Origin: Candidatus Pacebacteria bacterium CG2_30_36_39
GTDB taxonomy: Bacteria; Patescibacteriota; Microgenomatia; UBA1400; PJMF01
DNA length: 64,000 nt
Assembly: GCA_001873435.1 (NCBI GenBank)
Contig: MNZB01000003.1
Location: 6,427-70,426, forward strand
Direction of reading: 5' to 3'
How positions within the stretch are numbered: the first letter of the stretch is position 1; the number at the start of each line of letters is the position of its first letter. This document shows, one piece after another, positions 1 through 9,556 of the stretch. A program made the position numbers and the translations under genes. Below the pieces are notes generated by a model, which made no database searches, was not told where the DNA came from, and saw only the letters and a list, made by a program, of their open reading frames with translations.

Positions 1-2496
1 ATGGCAGGGGGTATTTACAACCACACCGAAATAGAAGAAAAATGGCAACAAGTGTGGGCCTCTTTGCGATTGTTTCAAGACACACAGCAATTGAAAGCTC
101 AACAAAAAGAGTTTTTGCTTTTTGCCTTTGCTTATCCTTCTGGATCTGGTTTACATGTCGGTCATGTAGAGTCTAAAACTGCTTTGGATATTAAAGCTCG
201 CTTTTCTCGCATGAATGGCAAAAATGTTTATTTTCCAGTTGGTTGGGATGCTTTTGGTTTACCGGCGGAGAATTATGCCATTAAAACAGGCATTCATCCC
301 GTGGAAACCACTAAAGCTGCCATTAATACTTTTAGACAGCAAATTCAAAGATTGGGCATTTCTTATGATTGGGCCAATGAAACAGCTACTAATCATCCAG
401 ATTACTATCGTTGGACACAATGGCTATTTTTACAGCTCTACAAGAAAGGCTTAGCTTATCAAGGACTAGGTATGGTCAACTGGTGTCCATCTTGTCAAAC
501 AGTCTTGGCTAATGAGCAGGTTGTTAATGGTAAGTGTGAAAGATGTGATTCCTTAGTTGAACAAAGAGATTTAAAACAGTGGTATTTCAAAATTACTGAA
601 TACAAAGATGAATTGTTGACTGGTCTTGATGATGTTGATTGGCCAGAGCCAACTAGGCAACAACAACGCAACTGGATTGGTAAAGCAAAAGGCTTGGCAA
701 TAGATTTTAGTTTAGAGGAAACTGGTCAAAAAATGACAGTTTGGACTAAATTTTGGGAAACTGTTTTTGGTGTGACTTTCGTAGTCATTGCTCCAGAGGC
801 TTTTAATAAGATGAATCTTTTGGAAAAAGTTTCCGTTGATAGACGAGCTGAAGTAGAGAAGTATCTGGAAACAGCCAAACATAAAACAGAAGAAGAACGT
901 CGGATTGGTGAAAAAGATAAAACTGGTGTGCTTACTGGATTAACAGTAATTAATCCAGTTAATGGTTCAAAAGTTCCTTTATTTATAGCTGATTATGTCC
1001 TAATGGGGGTGGGAACAGCGGTTGTTATGGGCGTTCCTGCTCATGATGAACGCGATTTTGCCTTTGCCAAAAAATATAATTTACCTATTAAGCAAGTCGT
1101 CACTTATACAGATCAAGCCTTAGATCAAGCTGTCAGGAATGGAGATCAGGCTGTTGAAGCACCAGGTTTATTGGTTAATTCTGGGGTTTTTGATGGCCAA
1201 GAAGCTTGGGGAGATGGCAAGCAAGCCATGGCAGATTGGATGATTAAGGAGGGTTTTGCTGATTGGCAAACTACTTATAAACTCAGAGATTGGTTAATTT
1301 CCAGACAACGCTATTGGGGAGCTCCTATTCCAGTGGTTTATGATCCAGAAGGACAACCACATCCAGTGAAGGAAGAACATCTTCCTTGGGTTTTACCTGT
1401 GGATGTAGATTTTAAACCAACTGGAGAGTCGCCACTTAAGTCATCTAAAGAATTTATTGAGCGCACCGAGAGGCTTTATGGAGTTGGTTGGCGTCCAGAA
1501 TTTGACACAATGGACACTTTTGTTGACTCTAGTTGGTATTTTTTAAGATATTGTGACTCAAGAAATAAGGAAAAATTTGCCGATGAACAAAAATTAGCCC
1601 ATTGGTTGCCGGTCGATCTTTATTTAATTGGTCCAGAACATATTGTGCTTCATCTTCTTTATTCTCGTTTCTTTACTAAGTTTTTGAGGGATGAGGGTTA
1701 CTTGAAGGTAGATGAACCCTTTGCCAAGATGAGACATCAAGGAATGATTCTTGGTCCTGATGGTAAGAAAATGAGCAAAAGCAAGGGAAATGTTATTAAT
1801 CCAGATGAAATAGTCGAGGAATTTGGTGCAGATACCCTCAGGGTGTATGAGATGTTTATGGGTCCACTAGAAACAGACAAGCCTTGGGATCCTAGAGCAG
1901 TAGCCGGTGTCTATCGTTTCTTACGTCGAGTTCATGGCTTGGTTTTAGATAATAAACAACAACTTCAGCATCATTTAGATCTAAAATCTTCCTTACCACT
2001 TCAACGCAAGCTTCACCAAACTATTCGTAAAGCAACTTTTAATATCCCGCAACTTAAATTCAACACTGTTATTTCAACCATGATGGAGCTTACTAATCTC
2101 TGGGAAGAAGAAAAGAAAACTGCTGGTTTCTTGAGTAATGAAGATTTATTGAGCTTTATTCTTTTATTGGCTCCGTTCGCACCATTTTTAACTGAAGAGC
2201 TATATTCTTTGTGTTTTTCAGGTCAAGAAAAGAACGATGAATATCGTGGAGTACATGTTCAATCATGGCCTATTTTTGATCCAGTTCTTGCCCAGGAAGA
2301 AAATGTCAATTTTGCTGTTCAGGTAAACGGAAAAATTAGAGCTCAGATGCAAGTAGAAGCTGGTCAAGCAGGAGAAAAAGATTTTGTCTTAAAAAAAGCC
2401 AAAGAGCTAGCTGAGGTGAAGCTTTGGCTTGAAGGAAAAGCCATTGTAAAAGAAATCTTTGTTCCAGGTAAGATTGTGAGTTTTGTTGTTAGATAA
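1..2496 (+). CDS. leuS: Leucyl-tRNA synthetase. The ORF begins at the window edge, so the true start may lie upstream.
   Basis: 831 aa. Class I HIGH motif (HVGH) and KMSKS motif. The N-terminus (EIEEKWQQVW) is typical of LeuS, and the ORF runs end to end. Confidence 0.9.
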   Translation: MAGGIYNHTEIEEKWQQVWASLRLFQDTQQLKAQQKEFLLFAFAYPSGSGLHVGHVESKTALDIKARFSRMNGKNVYFPVGWDAFGLPAENYAIKTGIHPVETTKAAINTFRQQIQRLGISYDWANETATNHPDYYRWTQWLFLQLYKKGLAYQGLGMVNWCPSCQTVLANEQVVNGKCERCDSLVEQRDLKQWYFKITEYKDELLTGLDDVDWPEPTRQQQRNWIGKAKGLAIDFSLEETGQKMTVWTKFWETVFGVTFVVIAPEAFNKMNLLEKVSVDRRAEVEKYLETAKHKTEEERRIGEKDKTGVLTGLTVINPVNGSKVPLFIADYVLMGVGTAVVMGVPAHDERDFAFAKKYNLPIKQVVTYTDQALDQAVRNGDQAVEAPGLLVNSGVFDGQEAWGDGKQAMADWMIKEGFADWQTTYKLRDWLISRQRYWGAPIPVVYDPEGQPHPVKEEHLPWVLPVDVDFKPTGESPLKSSKEFIERTERLYGVGWRPEFDTMDTFVDSSWYFLRYCDSRNKEKFADEQKLAHWLPVDLYLIGPEHIVLHLLYSRFFTKFLRDEGYLKVDEPFAKMRHQGMILGPDGKKMSKSKGNVINPDEIVEEFGADTLRVYEMFMGPLETDKPWDPRAVAGVYRFLRRVHGLVLDNKQQLQHHLDLKSSLPLQRKLHQTIRKATFNIPQLKFNTVISTMMELTNLWEEEKKTAGFLSNEDLLSFILLLAPFAPFLTEELYSLCFSGQEKNDEYRGVHVQSWPIFDPVLAQEENVNFAVQVNGKIRAQMQVEAGQAGEKDFVLKKAKELAEVKLWLEGKAIVKEIFVPGKIVSFVVR

Positions 2497-2520
2497 TAAA
2501 TTATAGTTTTGAAGTCAGAA

Positions 2521-2558
2521 ATCCCCTTTATGGTTAATTCATAAGGGGGATTTTTTTT
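2521..2558. terminator. Intrinsic terminator after leuS.
   Basis: 10-bp stem (tcccctttat / ataaggggga) with a 9-nt loop, followed by T8. Confidence 0.6.
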
Positions 2559-3189
2559 GCCAAATTTTATTTTTCCTAACTTGTTAGAGAAAATCTACCA
2601 TGGCCTTGAACTATTTTCTGGAGTTCTTGGTTTAATTGGCATTTGCTATGGTCTTAAGCTGATCTTGGTTGAAAGAGCGCAGGTGCCGTTGTGTTCTTTG
2701 GAATTATTACAGCAGCAACAAAGAGAACTTCGGCTTCAGCAGCCCAAAATAACGGTAGAAGTTAATGGTGCTGTCAATGAACCGGGAGTTTGGCAATTCG
2801 AACGAGGACAAAGGATAGGAGAGGCTCTGGAGAGAGCTGGAGGGATTAACAAAGATGCCAATGCTGGCTTTTTAGCCAAACAATTAAATTTGGCTAGTCA
2901 GCTTAAAGATGGAGACAAGATATACCTGCCTTTTATTGGAGAAGAGGAGAAGACAAGTGAAGAATTGTCTGCAAGCACCCCAATTGAAAAAAATATTAGT
3001 CAATCAAAAGAAAAAATATCGGTTAATTTGGCTTCTATTGATGATTTAAAAACCTTAAATGGAATTGGAGATTCAAGAGCTGAAGCAATTGTTGCCAATA
3101 GACCCTATGCACAATTGGGTGAGTTGGTTAGTAAAAAAGCTTTATCTCAAACATTGTTTGATGAGTTAGCTAATGAATTAACATTGTAA
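2557..3189 (+). CDS. comEA: ComEA-like competence protein with SLBB and helix-hairpin-helix DNA-binding domains.
   Basis: N-terminal TM helix, an SLBB-like segment (ITVEVNGAVNEPGVW) and a C-terminal HhH segment (LNGIGDSRAEAIVANRP). The annotated start is TTG, immediately after the terminator T-run, so the real start is uncertain. Confidence 0.65.
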   Translation: MPNFIFPNLLEKIYHGLELFSGVLGLIGICYGLKLILVERAQVPLCSLELLQQQQRELRLQQPKITVEVNGAVNEPGVWQFERGQRIGEALERAGGINKDANAGFLAKQLNLASQLKDGDKIYLPFIGEEEKTSEELSASTPIEKNISQSKEKISVNLASIDDLKTLNGIGDSRAEAIVANRPYAQLGELVSKKALSQTLFDELANELTL

Positions 3190-3274
3190 AAAAACTCAAT
3201 TTTGACACTAACTTATATACAGAAAAAAATATTTTTTTTAATATAAAACTATCCTAAATAAAAAATAATTACAA

Positions 3275-4651
3275 ATGCATCATAAAATACCCAAAGTCTG
3301 TATAGTTAAGAAAGAAAAAACTAGAGTACTTCTTAATAGTTTGATTGTCATAATACTATTAATAGTAATAGCAAATAGTGCAACAATACTAAAGATAACA
3401 AAAGCAATCCCAGTCAAAACCCAAAGACAAGTTGATAGTCATTTAATGAGTTTTACTCAAGTAGGACAGTGGATATACAGTGATATTGTTTGTACTATTC
3501 AAAAAAATGCTTATTTTATCAATAATTTTACTCAAGTAATCCAGGCTATAAGTGTTAAATTTAGCAGATGGATAATGTCATCTGCTACTGATATTTTGCA
3601 GAGAAAAAAGCTGATAAATAGCTCCAAAAAGCTATTTAAACTTGAGGTGTTTTTGCTTAAGTATCGGTTTTTTGAATATCGAAAATTACTTGAGAAATAC
3701 CAGGCTAGAGTCACTAATATAACGAAGTTATACCAAAACAAAGATTCTCTTTCTTTAGTAAAAGGCCTGGTTTTTGGTGAAAAAGACAACAAGGCTTTGT
3801 ATTATGCTGATTTTGAGCGAGCTGGAATGATTCATATTTTAGTAGCCTCTGGTTTTAATATCGTTTTAGTCATTAGCCTGGTGGGAATGTTTTTATCGCG
3901 CCTTCACCAGAGGAAAATGAAGCTTTTTATAATTATATCTATTATTTGTCTTTATTCTTGGTTTCTTGAGGGGAATCCGCCGATTTTGCGGGCTTGCCTG
4001 ATGTCAGGTCTGGTACTTATCTTAATAGAAGGTGGTAAGCGGATAAATACATGGCGTTTATTAATTTTATCTGCTTTAGTTCTCATATTTTTTTCTTTGG
4101 ATTACCTCAAGTCTTTGTCATTTTGGTTTTCTTTTTTGGCTACAGCAGGCTTAATTTTATTTAGGCAAACCTATGAATTGTTTTCTCCCTCCTCGAGTAA
4201 AAAATCTACTTCTAAATGGTATATGAGGCTAATCTTATTTTTTATTGAGGAATTTAAAAATTCTTTAGCTGCTCAATCACTAATTTTTCCTCTACTAGTG
4301 TTGTTTTTTCATCAAATTAACTGGCTGAGTTTTATTACTAATACCTTGTTTCTGTTTCCGATAGCCTGGTTTACTCAAGTAGGATTTGTGGTATTTGGTC
4401 TGGTGGCTTTGCTGAAAACAACTTATTTTTTGGTATTTTTAGCACCTTTTATCTTGATATATGATTCTTTATTGACATTTTATATGAATAGTATTGGTTC
4501 TTTGAATTTCTTATTTTTTCTAAGCCAACCAGTCTTTTCTAGAGAAAATACCTGGTGGTTACTGATGTGGCTTCTAGTATTTTCTTTATTTTTATTTATC
4601 AACCGAAATAAACACCACACTAAAAAGCTCTTTTTTCATGAAACTGTCTAA
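3275..4651 (+). CDS. comEC: ComEC/Rec2 N-terminal polytopic membrane portion (DUF4131 plus competence channel domain). It appears to be the 5' fragment of a frameshift-split comEC.
   Basis: 458-aa multi-TM protein with ComEC-like hydrophobic topology. It lies directly after comEA, and its stop overlaps the start of the MBL-domain ORF by 14 nt. Confidence 0.55.
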   Translation: MHHKIPKVCIVKKEKTRVLLNSLIVIILLIVIANSATILKITKAIPVKTQRQVDSHLMSFTQVGQWIYSDIVCTIQKNAYFINNFTQVIQAISVKFSRWIMSSATDILQRKKLINSSKKLFKLEVFLLKYRFFEYRKLLEKYQARVTNITKLYQNKDSLSLVKGLVFGEKDNKALYYADFERAGMIHILVASGFNIVLVISLVGMFLSRLHQRKMKLFIIISIICLYSWFLEGNPPILRACLMSGLVLILIEGGKRINTWRLLILSALVLIFFSLDYLKSLSFWFSFLATAGLILFRQTYELFSPSSSKKSTSKWYMRLILFFIEEFKNSLAAQSLIFPLLVLFFHQINWLSFITNTLFLFPIAWFTQVGFVVFGLVALLKTTYFLVFLAPFILIYDSLLTFYMNSIGSLNFLFFLSQPVFSRENTWWLLMWLLVFSLFLFINRNKHHTKKLFFHETV

Positions 4652-5504
4652 TAAAACCATTTTTTGTCTATTTCTATTTTTTGCTATTTTTTTATTTTTT
4701 CTAATTTTAAAATGGCCAGATAAATCAATTAAAATTACAATATGCGATGTTGGTCAAGGCGACTCTATCTTGATCCAGCAAGGCTTTTTTCAATTGCTAA
4801 TTGATAGCGGAAGAGATGATCGAGTGCTAGGTTGTTTGGGTAGTGTTCTGCCTTTTTGGGATCGAGTGATTGAGGTCGGTATTGTTACTCATTTTGACAC
4901 CGATCACATGGGGTACTTCGGAGAAATTATGGGTATGTTCCAATGGCAAGAACTTTATTTCCTCCAGCCTAGAAAAACCTCAGCTGAAATCAAGTCCCTA
5001 CTAGAGGTATTTAGTCAGGCTAATGAATTAGGAACTTACCTCAAAGAGCCGATTTTAGGCCAAACAATCGTTTTGCCCTCTGGAGCAAAGGTTACTTTAC
5101 TCGAGATAACTTCGATTAATCAATCTAAAACCTTGTCTGAAAATAATAGGTCGGTTGGGACACTGCTTGAATACGGTAAAACTAAATGGCTTTTTACCGG
5201 AGATGGAGAGGTAGATTGGGAAGAAAGTTTATTAGCTAAATCGATATTACCTCAAGTAGATGTGCTTAAAATTGCTCATCATGGAGCAGAAACAAGCTCA
5301 TCTTTGAAGTTTTTAGATAAACTACAACCAAAAATTGCCGTGATTAGCGTAGGAAAGAATAGTTATGGTCATCCGCAAGGCTCGGTTTTAGATTTATTGA
5401 TACAAACTGGATCATTGATTTTTCGTACCGATGAATCAGGGGACATAACTTTTTCTTCAGATGGTGAAAATATTTGGTTGGATAAATTATCAAAACGACC
5501 TTAG
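4638..5504 (+). CDS. comEC: ComEC C-terminal metallo-beta-lactamase (nuclease) domain. It appears to be the 3' fragment of the split comEC.
   Basis: TM helix followed by MBL motifs (HFDTDHMG, IAHHG). It is in the +1 frame relative to the upstream ComEC membrane ORF; changing the T6 run at 4631-4636 to T5 would fuse the two ORFs. Confidence 0.65.
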   Translation: MKLSNKTIFCLFLFFAIFLFFLILKWPDKSIKITICDVGQGDSILIQQGFFQLLIDSGRDDRVLGCLGSVLPFWDRVIEVGIVTHFDTDHMGYFGEIMGMFQWQELYFLQPRKTSAEIKSLLEVFSQANELGTYLKEPILGQTIVLPSGAKVTLLEITSINQSKTLSENNRSVGTLLEYGKTKWLFTGDGEVDWEESLLAKSILPQVDVLKIAHHGAETSSSLKFLDKLQPKIAVISVGKNSYGHPQGSVLDLLIQTGSLIFRTDESGDITFSSDGENIWLDKLSKRP

Positions 5505-5947
5505 TTTTTATAATTTACAGCAAATTAATCAAGTAAAAAATTGTTCAAAAATGAGTTTTATTTTTAACATTTTTTAGTCTTCTTAATCAGTGGTTTTTAT
5601 GTTGTAAAAAATAGATAAACACCAGTGAACATTTTGTAATTTTATTTATTAAAAAATTATTAATATTTGATCTTATTTTTTTAGTGAAACCGAAAAACAA
5701 CCGAACTAAGTAGGACTATTGTTTTATTTTTTGTAAATAGAGTGCTTAGTAAAATGATTTTTTTGTTTATTTATATATTTCGCTATATTGAACACAAAAT
5801 GACGTCTATATTTATTAAATAAACCGCAAAGTAGCAAAACGACAATGAATACAAATTATGTTCGAAATCGTTCGGCTAATGTTCGGAAACATAAAAACAT
5901 AAATTTGTACTTAGCTCAGTTAATTCAAAACATTTTTTTCGAGGAAA

Positions 5948-7294
5948 ATGATCAAAATTATCGATCATTTATTGTGTTACAATTGCCTCCATATGACTCC
6001 TAAATTAACCTATTTTTCAAAAAAACTACCAGTATTACTATTACCAATGGACGGAGTCGAATCACTCACAGTCATGGTCTTAACCAACACAGGCTCTCGC
6101 TATGAAGAAAGCAAACAATATGGCATTGCCCACTTCTTTGAACACATGGTTTTTAAGGGTACAAAAAAATATCCAACTGCTCAGGAACTAGCTGCAACCA
6201 TTGATGGTTTAGGTGCAGAGTTTAATGCTTTTACCAGCAACGAATACACCGGTTACTACGTCAAAGCAGCAGCCAAGCATGTCACAACTGCCTTGGATGT
6301 AGTTTCAGACATGTTGCTTCAGCCTAATCTTTCTCAGGAAGATATTGATAGAGAAAAGGGTGTGATTATTGAAGAAATGAATATGTATGCTGATACCCCA
6401 GCTCGTGATGTCGGTAATTTATTCAATCAAATGGCTTTCAAAGGCACTGGTTTGGGACATGATGTATTGGGTCTCAAGGAAACAGTGATGTCAATAACTA
6501 AGGCCGATTTTGAGGCTTTTCTTGCCCAATGGTATGGTTTGCCAAACATGGTGTTGGTTTTAGCTGGCAAAGCAGATGAGGTTAATAGCAAAGAAATTCA
6601 TAAGATTGTGGATGATTTTTTTCAAAAAATTCATGGTAAAAGAATTACTGAAAAAGCAGATATTAAAACCCATTTTTTTGATGGAAAACTTGCAGAACAA
6701 CGTTTAATAATTAAATACAAAGATACTCAGCAAGCTCATTTTATTTTGGGTTGGCAGGGTTTAAGGCGTGATGATGAACGTCGTTATGCTTTATCTGTTG
6801 CTTCTGCAATTATTGGTGGCAATATGAGTTCTAGATTGTTTAGTGAGATTAGAGAAAAAAGAGGTTTAAGTTATTATGTCCATTCAGATGTTGATCAATA
6901 CCATGAGACTGGAGTTTTTGGAGCTTCTGCCGGGGTTGATCCTGGTAGAGTGGAAGAAGCTATTTTGGTTGCCGCACAGGAATTTCATAGTTTGGCTAAT
7001 GCCAAAAAACCAGTGACTGAAATCGAGCTTAAGAGAGCTAAGGAGTTTCTCATTGGTAGTGCCGTTCTTGGGTTAGAAGATAGTAGTTCTGTGGCTCAAT
7101 TTTATGGCTTACGTCAGGTTTTATCTGGAGAAATCGAAACTTTAGAGGCGGTGATAGAGAAAATTCAGCAGGTAACTATTCAAGATGTTCAAGATGTTTT
7201 TAAATTGTTGATTAAGCCTGGTGAAATGCGCCTGGCTTTGATTGGTCCGTATAAGGATGAAGCTAAATTTGAGAAGTTGATTGAAGAGTTTTAA
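5948..7294 (+). CDS. M16 (pitrilysin/insulinase) family zinc peptidase.
   Basis: Inverted zinc motif HxxEH (HFFEHMVFKGT) and overall M16 architecture. An alternative start at 5993 (MTPKL) has an extended -10 (TGtTACAAT) only 12 nt upstream. Confidence 0.7.
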   Translation: MIKIIDHLLCYNCLHMTPKLTYFSKKLPVLLLPMDGVESLTVMVLTNTGSRYEESKQYGIAHFFEHMVFKGTKKYPTAQELAATIDGLGAEFNAFTSNEYTGYYVKAAAKHVTTALDVVSDMLLQPNLSQEDIDREKGVIIEEMNMYADTPARDVGNLFNQMAFKGTGLGHDVLGLKETVMSITKADFEAFLAQWYGLPNMVLVLAGKADEVNSKEIHKIVDDFFQKIHGKRITEKADIKTHFFDGKLAEQRLIIKYKDTQQAHFILGWQGLRRDDERRYALSVASAIIGGNMSSRLFSEIREKRGLSYYVHSDVDQYHETGVFGASAGVDPGRVEEAILVAAQEFHSLANAKKPVTEIELKRAKEFLIGSAVLGLEDSSSVAQFYGLRQVLSGEIETLEAVIEKIQQVTIQDVQDVFKLLIKPGEMRLALIGPYKDEAKFEKLIEEF

Positions 7295-7749
7295 TTTTTT
7301 AACTGTTTTTTTAGTTAGTTTATTTGCCCAATGGTTTGTTGGTGCTTTTTTTTGTGGTGTTTTTTGATTTTTTATTTCTGTTCTATTTTTATATATTAAA
7401 CAATATTAAAAAATAGTTTGATCGGTAATCAATGAAAATATGACCAGATGATAAGCGGTCTATATATTAACAAGTATATGTGAGTGCATCACACAAGAGA
7501 TATTATTAAATATATTGATACATTAAATTATATATATTTTTTTCTAATTATTACTACTTTTTTATTCTTTGTCTGGTTTTAATTATTTTAAAGAAAAAAT
7601 AGATGCTATTTGAAATATTAATATATATTAAAGTAACTTTTGATCATAGAAAAAAATACCTCAATGTTTTGTTTCACTGATTTTCGTCTAAGCCGAGAGG
7701 TGCTAAGATACAAGTCAAGAAATATTAGTATTAAAGAAAGGGAATTTTT

Positions 7750-8217
7750 ATGGCTTTTACTCGTACAGCCGTTTTAGTCAAACCAGATGGTTTGCAACGT
7801 GGCCTAATCGGTGAAATTATTAGTCGCTTTGAGCGCAAGGGCTTGAAACTAGTTGCTCTAAAAATGGTTAATATGACAGACGAAATGCTCTCTGAATGGT
7901 ATGCAGAGCACAAGGATAAATCATTTTTTGGTGATCTAAAGAGTTTCATGGGTTCTTTACCAATTGTTGCCATGGCTTGGGAAGGTATTGATGTAGTTCC
8001 AGTTGTGCGCAAATTAGTTGGCACCACCTTAGGAAGAGAAGCAGAAGCTGGTTCTATTCGTGGTGATTTTGGTATGAGCCAACAATATAACTTGATTCAT
8101 GCTTCATCTAGCGAATCCGATGCAGAACGTGAAATTGCCATCGTTTTCGAAAAAGATGAGGTTTTGGGATATAACAGTGCTCTTGATGGTGTTGTTTATG
8201 CCGATTACGAGCGTTAG
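7750..8217 (+). CDS. ndk: Nucleoside diphosphate kinase.
   Basis: 155 aa with the NDK active-site region NLIHASSSESDAEREIAIVF (His phospho-acceptor). An SD (aaagggaa) lies upstream. Confidence 0.85.
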   Translation: MAFTRTAVLVKPDGLQRGLIGEIISRFERKGLKLVALKMVNMTDEMLSEWYAEHKDKSFFGDLKSFMGSLPIVAMAWEGIDVVPVVRKLVGTTLGREAEAGSIRGDFGMSQQYNLIHASSSESDAEREIAIVFEKDEVLGYNSALDGVVYADYER

Positions 8218-8242
8218 CTTGATATTTTGTATTTTGAAATTA

Positions 8243-8272
8243 AAAAAGCCGGCTAGTTAGTCGGCTTTTTTT
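8243..8272. terminator. Palindromic hairpin element and bidirectional terminator (AAAAAAGCCGGCTAGTTAGTCGGCTTTTTTT).
   Basis: 8-9 bp GC-rich stem flanked by A6 and T7. A near-identical element recurs at 9152-9179. Confidence 0.5.
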
Positions 8273-8288
8273 GTGAGATAAATGTCTT

Positions 8289-9134
8289 GTGCTAGAAAAT
8301 GAAAATCACAATCAAGAGCAGGGAACAAAGAAAAAAATTAAAAATGAACTACTAAATAGACTTAGTAGCTTGTTTTTTGGTTCAAAAAATAAACGAGATG
8401 GTGGGGAGAATCCTAAGGCTGAGGAAAAAAAGATTGATCCAGAAATTATCCAATTCAACCAAGAACAGATTGTTTTGGCAGTGAATAAAATTTTAGAAAT
8501 AGCCAAGAAAAAACCTAAAAAGCTTGGTTTGGTGGCCCAAGTGGAGTTGAGTTTAAAAAATAGGGATGGAGAAGTTTTACCTAGCTTTATGCGTTATTTG
8601 GTTGCTGGTTCTACTGGTGGAATTTATTACCATGATGAAACCATGGCTTTCCGTTTTGAGTTATTCGCTCAAAAAGCTCCTGCTCCAGATAGTTTAACCT
8701 TTGTTCCTCAACCGAGTGATTTTGAACATTATAAAAAAGAAGGTGTTACTCCAGTTGCTTTTAGAGAAAACTATTTTGCTGATTTGGAAAGTGTTGATCC
8801 AGAAATTGATGGATTACCGTTAGTTGGCATGTCTTATACTGATTGGGAATTTCGTGGCTTGGGTATTGCCACTCAACTTTTCACTGAGGTAAATTCTGTT
8901 TTACCAGTTAAAGATTTTGTTAAAAGAACTAAAAGATTCTGGGAAGACTATGACTTACCAGAAGGTATTTCTAGCGTTACTTGTATTCTTACTGATGCAA
9001 CTTATCGCTATGGAAATAGTAAGGTGGGGTGGACCACTAGGCTTTTAGAAAAAATGGGCTTGGAAGAAGCAGATCGCTCAAAGTATCCTACTAGTGAAAA
9101 AACCAAGGCATATTTGCAAAGAATTTCTTTGTAA
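8289..9134 (+). CDS. Hypothetical protein, possibly a GNAT-fold acetyltransferase.
   Basis: 281 aa. A weak GNAT motif-A-like segment (EFRGLGIATQLF) is present. The gene is flanked on both sides by the same palindromic hairpin element. Confidence 0.35.
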   Translation: MLENENHNQEQGTKKKIKNELLNRLSSLFFGSKNKRDGGENPKAEEKKIDPEIIQFNQEQIVLAVNKILEIAKKKPKKLGLVAQVELSLKNRDGEVLPSFMRYLVAGSTGGIYYHDETMAFRFELFAQKAPAPDSLTFVPQPSDFEHYKKEGVTPVAFRENYFADLESVDPEIDGLPLVGMSYTDWEFRGLGIATQLFTEVNSVLPVKDFVKRTKRFWEDYDLPEGISSVTCILTDATYRYGNSKVGWTTRLLEKMGLEEADRSKYPTSEKTKAYLQRISL

Positions 9135-9151
9135 TAATTTCATTAACTTGT

Positions 9152-9179
9152 AAAAAAGCCGACTAGCTAGCCGGCTTTT
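9152..9179. terminator. Second copy of the palindromic hairpin element (AAAAAAGCCGACTAGCTAGCCGGCTTTT).
   Basis: Near reverse-complement of the element at 8243-8272, with a stem-loop and A/T flanks. Confidence 0.5.
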
Positions 9180-9198
9180 CAAAATTCTAATTATTCTT

Positions 9199-9441
9199 TT
9201 ATTCTTTAACTACAACCTGGTTCCCATCACTGTCGTGGGAAATATAGGTAGAATTATCTTCACCAGCTTCAACCAATTGAGTTGGGGTCATATCTTCAGT
9301 TTTTGTAATTTCTGGGTCGTTGTGAAATCTAAATCTTCTTTCCATAATTTCCTTTTGTGCTCCCACCGGGAATTGGACCTGGATCTGTCGCTTAGGAGGC
9401 AACTGTTCTATCCGTTGAACTATGGGAGCTAATTGCTCCAT
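9199..9441 (-). CDS. Hypothetical small protein (80 aa), possibly translated from a leaderless mRNA.
   Basis: Composition is protein-like, whereas the antisense ORF looks like junk. On the coding strand a TATAAT box lies 3 nt upstream of the ATG. Confidence 0.3.
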   Translation of the reverse strand: MEQLAPIVQRIEQLPPKRQIQVQFPVGAQKEIMERRFRFHNDPEITKTEDMTPTQLVEAGEDNSTYISHDSDGNQVVVKE

Positions 9442-9556
9442 GTATTATAGCAACGAAATAATGTTGTAATTATACCATTTGATATATTTTTAGATCTGAC
9501 TTCCTCTTGTGTCTGTTATAAAACTGCTTATACTGAAATAGATGGTGTAGTAGCAT

